Positions 18,928-28,214 of a DNA stretch of 64,000 nt are shown here, in pieces. Positions within the stretch are counted from its first letter, which is position 1. Every line of letters starts with the position of its first letter. Source of the DNA: Gammaproteobacteria bacterium. GTDB lineage: Bacteria; Pseudomonadota; Gammaproteobacteria; Legionellales; Legionellaceae. Position numbers and translations under genes: made by a program. The DNA is taken from positions 1,930 through 65,929 of the forward strand of contig JAHZKF010000010.1 in the NCBI GenBank assembly GCA_022600575.1, given 5' to 3'. The notes below the pieces were generated by a model that did not search any database, was not told the DNA's origin, and worked only from the letters and a program-made list of their open reading frames with translations.

Positions 18928-20169
18928 ATGACTCACTCAATAGAAGACTGGGCAAAAACGCTCAAAGAAACGTTGCATACACATGAAAAAACCATGCTTG
19001 AACAGCTTCATGCCTTTTGTGCCATCAATTCAGGAAGCTTGAATCTAGAAGGCCTTGCACATATGCACGACGCCTTAAAAAATGCTTTTATGCCTCTTAT
19101 AGACGAGGCTGAAACACATACCCTGCCCCCGGTCTCAAGTATTAATCTTTCCGGAGATGAAGTATTTCAACATGTAGGCAACTTACTTTATCTTCGTAAA
19201 CGCCCACACCTCACTCGCCGCGTTTTATTAAGCGGCCATATGGACACTGTATTTGATAAAGACCATCCTTTCCAAACCATCACAGAAACCAAACCTGGCA
19301 TTTTAAACGGCCCAGGCGTTGCCGACATGAAAGGCGGCTTAATTGTGATACTGCATGCACTTGAAGTATTTGAACAAACAGAAGCTGCACAAAGCATTGG
19401 CTGGGATGTCGTTATCAATGCTGATGAGGAAATTGGCTCCCCTGCATCTGCAGCCTTTTTAAAAAAGATTAGACACCTGTACCAAGCAGCTCTCGTTTAT
19501 GAACCTGCTGTTAATACAGATGGTGGATTTGCAAAAAGTCGTAAAGGCAGTGGGAAGTTTACACTCGTCGCACATGGCAAAACCGCACACGCAGGGCGCG
19601 ACTTTAATCAAGGAAAAAATGCTATTGTTTATCTCGCCAAAGCACTCATTCTAATTGATACTTTAAATCAAAATAACCGACATATCACTTTTAATATAGG
19701 CAAAATAGCAGGAGGCGAAGCCCTTAATATTGTACCTGGTACTGCTGTTGCTAAAATAGATATTCGAACCAATCACCTCGATGACGAAGCTTGGGTATCT
19801 CAGCAATTTCAACAAATCATCAAGTAATTGGTACATGAAGATTACGAATTAAGCCTACATGGAACCTTTGGCCGACCGGTCAAAAAAGTTAACCCTGCCA
19901 GTCAAGCGCTTTTTAAACGCCTGCAAACACTCGGTAAAATGCAAGGCTTAACCTTTGATTGGCAAGATACAGGCGGTTGCTGTGACGGCAATAACCTTGC
20001 TGAAAAAGGCCTTGCTGTAATTGATACCCTTGGCGTGCGTGGTGGGAATATTCATAGTGCAGAAGAATTTTTGGTCATTGATAGTTTGGTTGAACGTGCA
20101 CACCTGACAGCCCTGTTACTCATAGACCTTGCAAAAGGCGGACTCGAAGCACTGACCAAACCACTCTAA
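18928..20169 (+). pseudogene. M20 metallopeptidase (carboxypeptidase G2 / glutamate carboxypeptidase-like) interrupted by one in-frame TAA at 19825-19827
   Basis: ORFs 18919-19827 and 19828-20169 are in the same frame and directly abut. M20 motifs are split across them: GHMDTV, GVADMKGG and NADEEIGS in the first, and GGNIHSAEE (last metal His) in the second. Confidence 0.7.
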
Positions 20170-20226
20170 TCCCTCATTTTTATGCTATACCTTAAATTAA
20201 GACTTTCTCTAAGTGCTTAATCTATC

Positions 20227-20976
20227 ATGAAAAAATGGCTTATTTTTTGTTCTTTTTTTTGCCTATCGGTCACAAGCTATGCTGAGAGCCCACCGCTTCG
20301 TGTCGCTATTGCCGCCTTCGCGCCTCCATTTGTCATGCAAAGCACCCCAAATCATTTTTACGGTTTCGACATTGCAACCATTGAATATGTTTGTAAGAGA
20401 CTTGAACGCCGCTGTGAATACATCCCTATGGATTTTGACAAGCTTCTGCCAACGCTTGTTGCGCAAAAAGCCGATGTTGCTATAGGTGCTATTATTCTCA
20501 CCTACAAACGCTCTCGCATCGTGCGTTTCTCAACACCCTACATGGTCAGTAAAGCGCAATTTTTTGGCAATGACAAAACAAATATCAACCCACCTTTTAA
20601 TTTAAGCCAACTCAGTGGAAAACGTATTGGGCTTTTAGAGGGCAGCGTATTTCAACAAAAAATTCGTTTTATTGATATTAAAAAACCTAAAATCGTTACC
20701 TTCAATAGAGAAAGTGAAATGATTGATGCACTACGCACCAATAGTATTACACTCGCCTTATTGAGCCGTCCTAAAGTACAGTATTGGAAAAATCGTTCTG
20801 CCAAATTATTTAAAAGTATTGGTAACCCATTCCCCATCGGATTTGGTTTTGCTGTCGCAATTAACCCTGAAGATGCGAAACTGATTAGAGAAATCGATTT
20901 AGTCCTACTCGACTATCAAGACAGTGATGAATACAAGCGAAATTATAATCTATATTTCAAGAGTGATTTAGAATAA
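20227..20976 (+). CDS. periplasmic solute-binding protein, family 3 (amino-acid ABC-type), orphan
   Basis: 249 aa with signal peptide. LRVAIAAFAPPF..GFDI..KADVAIGAI..T..R pattern typical of polar amino-acid SBPs. No permease or ATPase adjacent. Confidence 0.8.
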   Translation: MKKWLIFCSFFCLSVTSYAESPPLRVAIAAFAPPFVMQSTPNHFYGFDIATIEYVCKRLERRCEYIPMDFDKLLPTLVAQKADVAIGAIILTYKRSRIVRFSTPYMVSKAQFFGNDKTNINPPFNLSQLSGKRIGLLEGSVFQQKIRFIDIKKPKIVTFNRESEMIDALRTNSITLALLSRPKVQYWKNRSAKLFKSIGNPFPIGFGFAVAINPEDAKLIREIDLVLLDYQDSDEYKRNYNLYFKSDLE

Positions 20977-21013
20977 GAAACCGCCGAAAACTCGACAACA
21001 CCCCTTTAAATCC

Positions 21014-21048
21014 CGTATAATTCGTTCTTTTTTTGAACGAATTATACG
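21014..21048. promoter_or_regulatory. perfect 14-bp inverted repeat with T7 loop (CGTATAATTCGTTC-TTTTTTT-GAACGAATTATACG)
   Basis: Read directly. Lies between the SBP gene stop (20976) and the rimO start (21061). Each arm contains TATAAT on one strand. Confidence 0.5.
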
Positions 21049-21060
21049 AGTAACCAAAAC

Positions 21061-22344
21061 ATGAACCATCGGGTAGGATTTGTAAGCCTTGGGTGTCCTA
21101 AAGCCTTAGTCGATTCAGAACGCATCATCACGCAACTACGTGCTCAAGGCTATGAACTCGTTCAAACCTTTAAGGATGCAGGGATTGTTATTATTAATAC
21201 CTGCGGCTTTATCGATTCAGCTGTTGAAGAATCTTTAAATACAATTAAAGAAGCCATGGCTGAAAATGGACGTGTCATTGTAACAGGCTGCTTAGGCGCT
21301 AAAGCCGACATCATAAAAAAAGCTTGTCCTGATGTATTACATATCAGTGGTGCACATGCCTATGAAGAAGTCGTACGTGCCGTTCACAGACACCTGCCCC
21401 CGCCAAAAGACCCCTTCACTCAACTTATTCCACCAGAAGGGATTAAACTGACGCCTCGTCATTATGCCTATCTTAAAATTTCTGAAGGCTGTAACCATAA
21501 ATGTACGTTTTGTATTATTCCAAGCATGCGAGGCAAACTACAAAGTTATCCAATGCAGAATGTTTTAGCCGATGCCAAACGTCTTAAAGATGCAGGCGTT
21601 CGTGAACTTTTAGTGATTGCACAAGACACCAGTGCTTATGGTTTAGATACCGGAAAACTTAAATTTTATGACTTATGTCGCGCTTTAAGTGACCTTGGTA
21701 TTTGGGTGCGCTTGCATTACGTTTACCCTTATCCACACGTCGATGAGGTTATTCCACTCATGCGTGATGGCAATCTTCTGCCTTATTTAGACATTCCACT
21801 ACAACATGCGAGCCCTCGTCTCCTTAAAGCCATGCGTAGACCTGCCAATGCAGAAAACACTTTAGAACGTATCGCTAAATGGCGTAGCATTTGTCCTGAC
21901 ATAACGATTCGTTCAACTTTTATTGTAGGTTTTCCTGGCGAAACAGACGAAGAATTTGAAACATTATTAGATTTTCTTGAAGAAGCCAAATTAGATAGAG
22001 TGGGATGCTTTCAATATTCGCCGGTTAAAGGTGCACGTGCAAACGACCTTGCCGCACCCGTTCCTGATGCCATCAAGGCTGAGCGTTTTGATGCATTTAT
22101 GCGCCTGCAAGCAGATATTAGCCGTGACAAATTACGCGAAAAAATTGGCAGCCTACAAACTGTTTTAATTGATAGCATTGAAAACGATCGCGTGATTGCT
22201 CGCAGTACGGCTGATGCCCCTGAAATTGATGGTTTGGTTTATCTACCACCTGAGAAAAACATTCAACTCGGTGAATTTGCCAATGTTATGATCACTGACA
22301 GTGATGACTATGATTTATATGGCGAATTAGTTACTGAAGCCTAA
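21061..22344 (+). CDS. rimO: ribosomal protein S12 methylthiotransferase RimO
   Basis: 427 aa. [17 protein letters not shown]-terminus, radical [12 protein letters not shown]-terminal TRAM. Confidence 0.95.
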   Translation: MNHRVGFVSLGCPKALVDSERIITQLRAQGYELVQTFKDAGIVIINTCGFIDSAVEESLNTIKEAMAENGRVIVTGCLGAKADIIKKACPDVLHISGAHAYEEVVRAVHRHLPPPKDPFTQLIPPEGIKLTPRHYAYLKISEGCNHKCTFCIIPSMRGKLQSYPMQNVLADAKRLKDAGVRELLVIAQDTSAYGLDTGKLKFYDLCRALSDLGIWVRLHYVYPYPHVDEVIPLMRDGNLLPYLDIPLQHASPRLLKAMRRPANAENTLERIAKWRSICPDITIRSTFIVGFPGETDEEFETLLDFLEEAKLDRVGCFQYSPVKGARANDLAAPVPDAIKAERFDAFMRLQADISRDKLREKIGSLQTVLIDSIENDRVIARSTADAPEIDGLVYLPPEKNIQLGEFANVMITDSDDYDLYGELVTEA

Positions 22345-22346
22345 AT

Positions 22347-22571
22347 ATGCTGTTTTTTGATACTCATACAACACCCGACCCTATACCACCTATGACAGAA
22401 GAATATCTAGCTGCAATAGGTCTCATACTGATAGGCTCGGGCGCTTTATATCTTATTTGCAAATGTTGGATGCTTGGTTTTTGCTCATCTAATCCAACTG
22501 AACTATATGAAAACATGGGTATTTCTTCTGAAGATATAGAAGAAGCAGATACATACTGTAAGTGCTTTTAA
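22347..22571 (+). CDS. small hypothetical membrane protein (74 aa, one TM)
   Basis: ATG is 2 nt after the rimO stop. Single hydrophobic helix AAIGLILIGSGALYLICKCWMLGF. No known domain. Confidence 0.4.
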   Translation: MLFFDTHTTPDPIPPMTEEYLAAIGLILIGSGALYLICKCWMLGFCSSNPTELYENMGISSEDIEEADTYCKCF

Positions 22572-22631
22572 AAAACTAGTCTACACTAATGGATGATACG
22601 TTTTAAAAGCATTCATAGTACGGAGATAAGC

Positions 22632-22823
22632 ATGGCTAAAAACAATCCAAAAGCACCGGAAGTCAATTCAAAAGAAGAGCAGCAAAAACAAATTAATAAA
22701 GCATGGACAGAATTTAGAAAAAAAACAGGCATTATTATTGGAAGTGCTATAGAAGGGTACGAAGAGTGGGATAAAGGTCGTGATCGCGATAATACCCAAA
22801 AAAAAGGCGGTCCTACCCCTTAA
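22632..22823 (+). CDS. small hypothetical charged protein (63 aa)
   Basis: ATG at 22632 preceded by GGAG. Lys/Glu-rich. No known domain. Confidence 0.4.
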   Translation: MAKNNPKAPEVNSKEEQQKQINKAWTEFRKKTGIIIGSAIEGYEEWDKGRDRDNTQKKGGPTP

Positions 22824-22852
22824 CTTTCAAAAGCCTGCAACAACCAAACCAT

Positions 22853-23896
22853 TTATCCTTCATTACCCTTTGACTCATGCCATAGGGTAATGAATAACAC
22901 CATCACAATAGGTCCTACGAATAAGCCAAGTAATCCGAGTGTTTCAAGTCCCCCTAAAATACCGAATAAAACCGCTAAAAAAGGCAACTCGATGGTTCCC
23001 CCTATCAATACAGGTTTCACAAAATGGTCTGCTGTAAACATAACGATAGTACCCCACACCACCACAATAATTGCTGCAAGTAAGCTCCCGTGTGACCAAA
23101 GCATCATAGCAACTGCTGCAAATACGACCGGCACAACAAACGGAATCATGGCAGCAATACCTGTTAAAATACCCAAAAGTGTAGGACCTGGTGCTTCGAG
23201 CCAGGCATAACACAACCCCATTAAAATCCCAACACCCATACCCACAACAATGGTACCATTCACGGTACCACGTAATGCTCCAGGTAATTTTTTAACATAA
23301 CGATGCCAACGCACACCCAAACAGTTTTCACCGACTTGGTTAATGGCTTTAATAATCGACTCACCATCACGATAAAAAAAGAAAAGAATTAACATCGTAA
23401 ATCCTATTTGAAATCCACGATGAGCAACACTTAAACTAATCCGTTTTGCATAATAACTAACAGGTGTTAATGAAAGATGTATATTTGAAATTAAATGTTT
23501 GATATGACCTGGCTCACCTAAATTTTTATCCCAATAAGCAATCAGCTCTTTTCCTATAAAAGGGATATCTTGCAGAAAAGAAGGAACCTCTCCACCATGG
23601 CGATTTAAGGCTTGTAAATAATTTAAAAATATTTGTAAATCTTTAACTACAACGCTCACAAGCCAGCTCAATGGCGCTATAAATAGCACCACAAGTAAAG
23701 TTGTAAATAAAAAAGCAGAAGTATTCTTATACTTCCCAAAAAAATACTGCCAACGTCGATATAATGGGTAAGTCGCAATCGTAATCACCCCAGCCCAAAC
23801 AATCGAAGGAATAAAGCGATGAATAATAAATAAAGTCAGTAAAACCACAGCAACTGTTAATGTAATGCTAATCAATTCCTTATGGTTTTCATTCAT
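22853..23896 (-). CDS. AI-2E family transporter (PerM/YhhT, UPF0118)
   Basis: 347 aa with about 8 TM. C-terminal FVKPVLIGGTIELP...GGLETLGLLGLFVGP is typical of the family. Confidence 0.85.
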   Translation of the reverse strand: MNENHKELISITLTVAVVLLTLFIIHRFIPSIVWAGVITIATYPLYRRWQYFFGKYKNTSAFLFTTLLVVLFIAPLSWLVSVVVKDLQIFLNYLQALNRHGGEVPSFLQDIPFIGKELIAYWDKNLGEPGHIKHLISNIHLSLTPVSYYAKRISLSVAHRGFQIGFTMLILFFFYRDGESIIKAINQVGENCLGVRWHRYVKKLPGALRGTVNGTIVVGMGVGILMGLCYAWLEAPGPTLLGILTGIAAMIPFVVPVVFAAVAMMLWSHGSLLAAIIVVVWGTIVMFTADHFVKPVLIGGTIELPFLAVLFGILGGLETLGLLGLFVGPIVMVLFITLWHESKGNEG

Positions 23897-24390
23897 CAGC
23901 TGGCTCCAGGTGTGTATAAATGACTCATTATTTGCAGAATAAAAAAAGCGGGTACAGCTGCTAATACATCATCAAGCATAATCCCAAGCCCGCCTCCAAC
24001 ACGCTTATCAACCCATCGAATAGGATGAGGCTTCCAGATATCAAATACCCGAAATAAAACAAATCCTAAAAGAATCCATATCCAATGCAATGGCACCATG
24101 AACATCGTTAATAAATACCCGACGATTTCATCCCAAACAATACCTGAATAATCATGCTCGCCCAAATCACGTGATACTTTCTCACAAACAAAAATACCAC
24201 CCAAAAACGCCACTAAAGTAAGAATAAGATATACTTTTGAATTCAATAAAAAAGCAAGTACACAATAAATAGGAATTGCCATTAAGGTACCACAAGTACC
24301 CGGTGCAATAGGTGAGAGCCCACTACCAAAGCCGAAAGCCAAGCAGTAAGCAGGATCTTCCCAAACCTTTCCCCAAGATACTCGGGCCAT
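23896..24390 (-). CDS. pgpA: phosphatidylglycerophosphatase A
   Basis: 164 aa. GFGSGLSPIAPGTCGTL, DEIVG and FRVFDIWKP motifs of PgpA. Confidence 0.9.
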   Translation of the reverse strand: MARVSWGKVWEDPAYCLAFGFGSGLSPIAPGTCGTLMAIPIYCVLAFLLNSKVYLILTLVAFLGGIFVCEKVSRDLGEHDYSGIVWDEIVGYLLTMFMVPLHWIWILLGFVLFRVFDIWKPHPIRWVDKRVGGGLGIMLDDVLAAVPAFFILQIMSHLYTPGAS

Positions 24391-24420
24391 GTACTCTCCC
24401 TTAAATACTATAAACCCTGA

Positions 24421-24451
24421 ATACCGCGGACAAGCCGCGGCACGTAGGTAT
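24421..24451. repeat. GC-rich palindrome CCGCGG-ACAAG-CCGCGG nested in ATACC...GGTAT
   Basis: Read directly in the nusB-pgpA spacer. Stands out against the AT-rich surroundings. Possible REP-like element or terminator. Confidence 0.4.
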
Positions 24452-24452
24452 G

Positions 24453-24917
24453 TTAGTTTGAATCAATTTCAACAGCCCTAACCTTTTTGGCTAAATTATT
24501 GAGAACACCATTCACATAACGATGGCCATCTTGTGATCCAAACGTTTTAGACAAATTAACTGATTCATCCAAAATCACTCGATATGGCGTTTCTAATACT
24601 TCTGTCAACTCAAAAGCACCCAAACGCAAAACCGCCAATTCAATTGGATTAAGATTTTTAATTGGCCTATCTAAAAAGGGCAAAAGTGCTTCATCTAAAC
24701 TTTCTTGTGCCTTCTCCACGCCATGAAATAAGCGACAAAAGTACTCAAAATCAACCTTATCTTCCCCATGTATGGCTCGAAACTGTGCTTCAATTTCAAC
24801 CATCTCTGTCTTTGAAATAAGTCGCTGATAAATTGCTTGTAAAGCAATTTTTCGTGCACGACGCCTACCTTTAATTGTTTGTTTATCTATCGTCACAAGA
24901 AGCCTCTGATTCATCAT
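24453..24917 (-). CDS. nusB: transcription antitermination factor NusB
   Basis: 154 aa. [14 protein letters not shown] start of the NusB fold. The 5-prime end overlaps the nrdR 3-prime end. True start may be an internal GTG about 24895. Confidence 0.9.
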   Translation of the reverse strand: MMNQRLLVTIDKQTIKGRRRARKIALQAIYQRLISKTEMVEIEAQFRAIHGEDKVDFEYFCRLFHGVEKAQESLDEALLPFLDRPIKNLNPIELAVLRLGAFELTEVLETPYRVILDESVNLSKTFGSQDGHRYVNGVLNNLAKKVRAVEIDSN

Positions 24918-25359
24918 TCATTTGTTCAATGGCTTCACGAAAATCACTCACATCTTCAAATCGTTTATAAACAGATGCAAAACGAACATATGCAACATGA
25001 TCAAGCCCATACAACTGCTCCATCACCCAATCCCCAAGCCTACGCGAATCAATTTCACGCTCACCATGGCGTCTTATTTTTTGTAAAATAGATACCACAG
25101 CGTCCTCAAGTGCATCAGCACTCACTGGACGCTTTTCCAGGGCACGTAACATCCCTGCACGTAAATTATCAACTCGAAACGTTTCTCTATGGCCGTCTCT
25201 TTTAACCACCATTGGCATAACTAACTCAGGCGTTTCAAACGTTGTAAAACGCTCCTGACACACCAAACACTGGCGCCTTCTACGCACTTGCTCACCCTCA
25301 GCCACCAGGCGAGAATCAATCACTTTTGTTTCATCTGCATGACAAAATGGACAATACAT
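24883..25359 (-). CDS. nrdR: transcriptional repressor NrdR
   Basis: 158 aa. [17 protein letters not shown] zinc ribbon plus ATP-cone. Confidence 0.95.
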   Translation of the reverse strand: MYCPFCHADETKVIDSRLVAEGEQVRRRRQCLVCQERFTTFETPELVMPMVVKRDGHRETFRVDNLRAGMLRALEKRPVSADALEDAVVSILQKIRRHGEREIDSRRLGDWVMEQLYGLDHVAYVRFASVYKRFEDVSDFREAIEQMNDESEASCDDR

Positions 25360-25381
25360 CTGGATTAAACCCCGTTAAACC

Positions 25382-26635
25382 TTACTGATAAACAGGAAAC
25401 GCTTGGCACAAAGCAAGTACTTTTTCGCGTGTTTGCTTAATGGTTTCTTCATTTGTAATATCATCCAAAACATCAGCCATCCAATGAGAAAGCTGTTTTA
25501 CTTCTGGCTCACAAAAACCACGCGTCGTGACCGCCGGTGTACCTAAACGTAAACCACTGGTTACAAAAGGTGAACGTGTTTCATTAGGAACTGTATTTTT
25601 ATTCAAGGTCAAATTTGCACAACCCAAAGCAAGCTCAGCCTCTTTTCCTGTAATCCCTTTATCTGTTAAATTCACAAGCATTAAGTGATTATCAGTTCCC
25701 CCTGAAACCAAAGGATAGCCCCGCTCAATTAATACTTCTGCCATGGCTTTTGCATTCAGTAACACTTGGCATTGATAATCTTTAAAATCAGGCTGTAACG
25801 CCTCTTCAAATGCAACCGCTTTTGCCGCAATGACATGCATTAATGGGCCACCTTGCGTTCCAGGAAATACAGCTGAGTTTATTTTTTTCTGAATCTGTTC
25901 ATTCGCCTTACCTAAAATCAACCCGCCACGTGGTCCACGTAACGTTTTATGCGTTGTGCTGGTGACAACATCTGCATAAGGTATGGGAGAAGGATACAAA
26001 TCAACCGCAACCAAACCTGCCACATGTGCCATATCGGCCATTAAATAAGCGCCCACCTCGTCAGCAAGCACACGAAACCGTGCCCAATCAACCACACGAG
26101 AATATGCTGAAAATCCAGCAATAATAAGTTTAGGTTTTTCTGCTAGCACTTGTTTTTCAAGGGCCGCATAATCAATTAATCCTGTCTCATCATCTAAACC
26201 ATAAGACACGATATTATATAATTTTCCTGAAAAATTGACAGGCGAACCATGGGTTAAATGCCCTCCATCAGGCAGCGCCATGCCAAGCACTTTATCGCCA
26301 GGATTTAAAAGCGCCATCATCACAGCAGCATTGGCCTGAGAGCCTGAGTGCGGCTGAACATTTGCAAAATCAGCACCAAATAATTTTTTAGCACGTTCAA
26401 TGGCTAAGGCTTCAACTTGATCAACATACTCGCATCCGCCGTAATACCGTTTATTGGGATAGCCTTCAGCATATTTATTAGTCAGCTGCGAGCCTTGCGC
26501 TTGAAGCACGCGTGGACTTACATAATTCTCAGATGCAATCAGTTCTACATGATCTTCTTGCCGCTCGCGCTCAGACTCCATCGCCTGCCACAAGGCATCA
26601 TCAAACATAGCTATTTTATCATGGTAATCGAACAT
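25382..26635 (-). CDS. glyA: serine hydroxymethyltransferase
   Basis: 417 aa. [18 protein letters not shown]-lysine motif. Confidence 0.97.
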   Translation of the reverse strand: MFDYHDKIAMFDDALWQAMESERERQEDHVELIASENYVSPRVLQAQGSQLTNKYAEGYPNKRYYGGCEYVDQVEALAIERAKKLFGADFANVQPHSGSQANAAVMMALLNPGDKVLGMALPDGGHLTHGSPVNFSGKLYNIVSYGLDDETGLIDYAALEKQVLAEKPKLIIAGFSAYSRVVDWARFRVLADEVGAYLMADMAHVAGLVAVDLYPSPIPYADVVTSTTHKTLRGPRGGLILGKANEQIQKKINSAVFPGTQGGPLMHVIAAKAVAFEEALQPDFKDYQCQVLLNAKAMAEVLIERGYPLVSGGTDNHLMLVNLTDKGITGKEAELALGCANLTLNKNTVPNETRSPFVTSGLRLGTPAVTTRGFCEPEVKQLSHWMADVLDDITNEETIKQTREKVLALCQAFPVYQ

Positions 26636-26694
26636 AAATTGTCCTTATAGAACGGCCATTAAATCGCAACAGTCATGATAACATGGTGTTCAAT

Positions 26695-27174
26695 TTAAGC
26701 AACATGTTTTCTAAGCACTCGCATCCGACCAAAGCGATTCACAACCCATTTCTCAGAGACACGTTTAGGAACCTCTAACAAAAAATAACCATTCATCGCT
26801 AAACTTTCAGGCGCATGACTCACAACCAACTTATCTTGCCCTCGAAAACCATGCCAAGTTAGCGCTATACCTTGAGGCACATGCCACTGCCAAGCATGTA
26901 CTTTAAAAAGCGGATGATATTCTGATTGAAGCTGAATCCCTAATGCCCAATTATGACTTATATCTGAAGGTAATAAGACCAACGTTTCTTCACGTAAAAA
27001 TGCCTCTGTTCTGGCAAAGGCAAGTGCACGCGTTAAATCATAAAACATCACGCGTGTGCCTTGTATCATACGCCATGCTTGCCAATGCTGAGCACCTTCT
27101 GTCACTAAACCACCCAGCACAACAAGCGTTATCAGTACGCTTATCCAGGTAAACCCTGTTTGCTTCTTCATCAC
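26695..27174 (-). CDS. GspH/FimT-like minor pseudopilin, atypical leader
   Basis: 159 aa. N-terminal KQTGFTWISVLITLVVLG resembles the prepilin G/FTLIE motif but has Ser where Glu+5 is expected. Confidence 0.5.
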   Translation of the reverse strand: MMKKQTGFTWISVLITLVVLGGLVTEGAQHWQAWRMIQGTRVMFYDLTRALAFARTEAFLREETLVLLPSDISHNWALGIQLQSEYHPLFKVHAWQWHVPQGIALTWHGFRGQDKLVVSHAPESLAMNGYFLLEVPKRVSEKWVVNRFGRMRVLRKHVA

Positions 27175-27200
27175 CCTTGTCTGTATCCGTAACCACTCAT

Positions 27201-27575
27201 CTACACTTTAGATATACAACATCCTAAGGCCTCATATGCTTTTCTTTTTTTTATGGGATATTCAAGTAAATCAGCTAGCGATGGCAAAATTATCACGCCT
27301 TCACAATCCTCTTGAATATCACCCAACACCATTACAACAGACGCCTTATGACTTTGTAATACATCTTTTGAAAAGGGTTTTATACCAATTTGTGTGCTAT
27401 CTAATCCAACACTTTGGAACATTGCGTCTAAGAGCATTTGCTCATCTTGACTTAAATTAATATCTTCAATCAATACTAAAAGCAACGGTTGTGATGCATC
27501 TTTGCGTAAAACCCACGGATGAATACCCATGGTTTGCAAATAATAAAGTTGGTGATTACTTAACATCTGATACAA
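27201..27575 (-). CDS. holD: DNA polymerase III psi subunit (HolD)-like protein
   Basis: 124 aa. LYYLQTMGIHPWVLRK resembles the E. coli HolD N-terminus WQLQQLGITQWSLRR. Weak, from memory. Confidence 0.5.
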   Translation of the reverse strand: MYQMLSNHQLYYLQTMGIHPWVLRKDASQPLLLVLIEDINLSQDEQMLLDAMFQSVGLDSTQIGIKPFSKDVLQSHKASVVMVLGDIQEDCEGVIILPSLADLLEYPIKKRKAYEALGCCISKV

Positions 27576-28209
27576 CCACCTTAAGTACGGCTATAGGATC
27601 TTTTGCACGCGTAATGGAACGACCAATCACAGCATAATCACTGCCCAATGCACGCGCTTTTAAAGGAGTTACCACACGTTTTTGATCATCGCTGCTATCA
27701 CCAGACAAGCGAATACCTGGCGTCACCGTTAAAAAATCTTCTCCGCATACAGCTTTTAATCCTGGAACTTCTAATGCCGAGCACACCACTCCATCAAGCC
27801 CTGCTTGTTTTGACAGTTTTGCTAAATCAATCACTTGCTTCTCAGAGGCTTCAAGGCTTGTTAATATCGTGACTGCAATTAAATAAGGCTTCGTATCACC
27901 AAAAGCATCTAATGCTTCACGCGCTGCTTGCATCATTTTAAGCCCACCTGATGCATGGACATTGATCATCCAAACCCCTAACTCTGCTGCAGCCCGGCAA
28001 GCTGATGCGACAGTATTTGGAATATCATAAAACTTTAAATCTAAAAAAACACGAAAACCACGCGCTACTAGCTCACGAACAAACGATGGACCAAATCGCG
28101 TAAATGCTTCAAGACCAACTTTTAAAACACACAACTGAGGCACACATGCATCTGCAAAAGCTAATGCCTCTGCCTTATCTTTCATATCAAGCGCTACAAT
28201 GACCTGCAT
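27556..28209 (-). CDS. pyrF: orotidine 5-prime-phosphate decarboxylase
   Basis: 217 aa. DLKFYDIPNTV active-site motif. Confidence 0.9.
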   Translation of the reverse strand: MQVIVALDMKDKAEALAFADACVPQLCVLKVGLEAFTRFGPSFVRELVARGFRVFLDLKFYDIPNTVASACRAAAELGVWMINVHASGGLKMMQAAREALDAFGDTKPYLIAVTILTSLEASEKQVIDLAKLSKQAGLDGVVCSALEVPGLKAVCGEDFLTVTPGIRLSGDSSDDQKRVVTPLKARALGSDYAVIGRSITRAKDPIAVLKVVVSDVK

Positions 28210-28214
28210 TAAAA

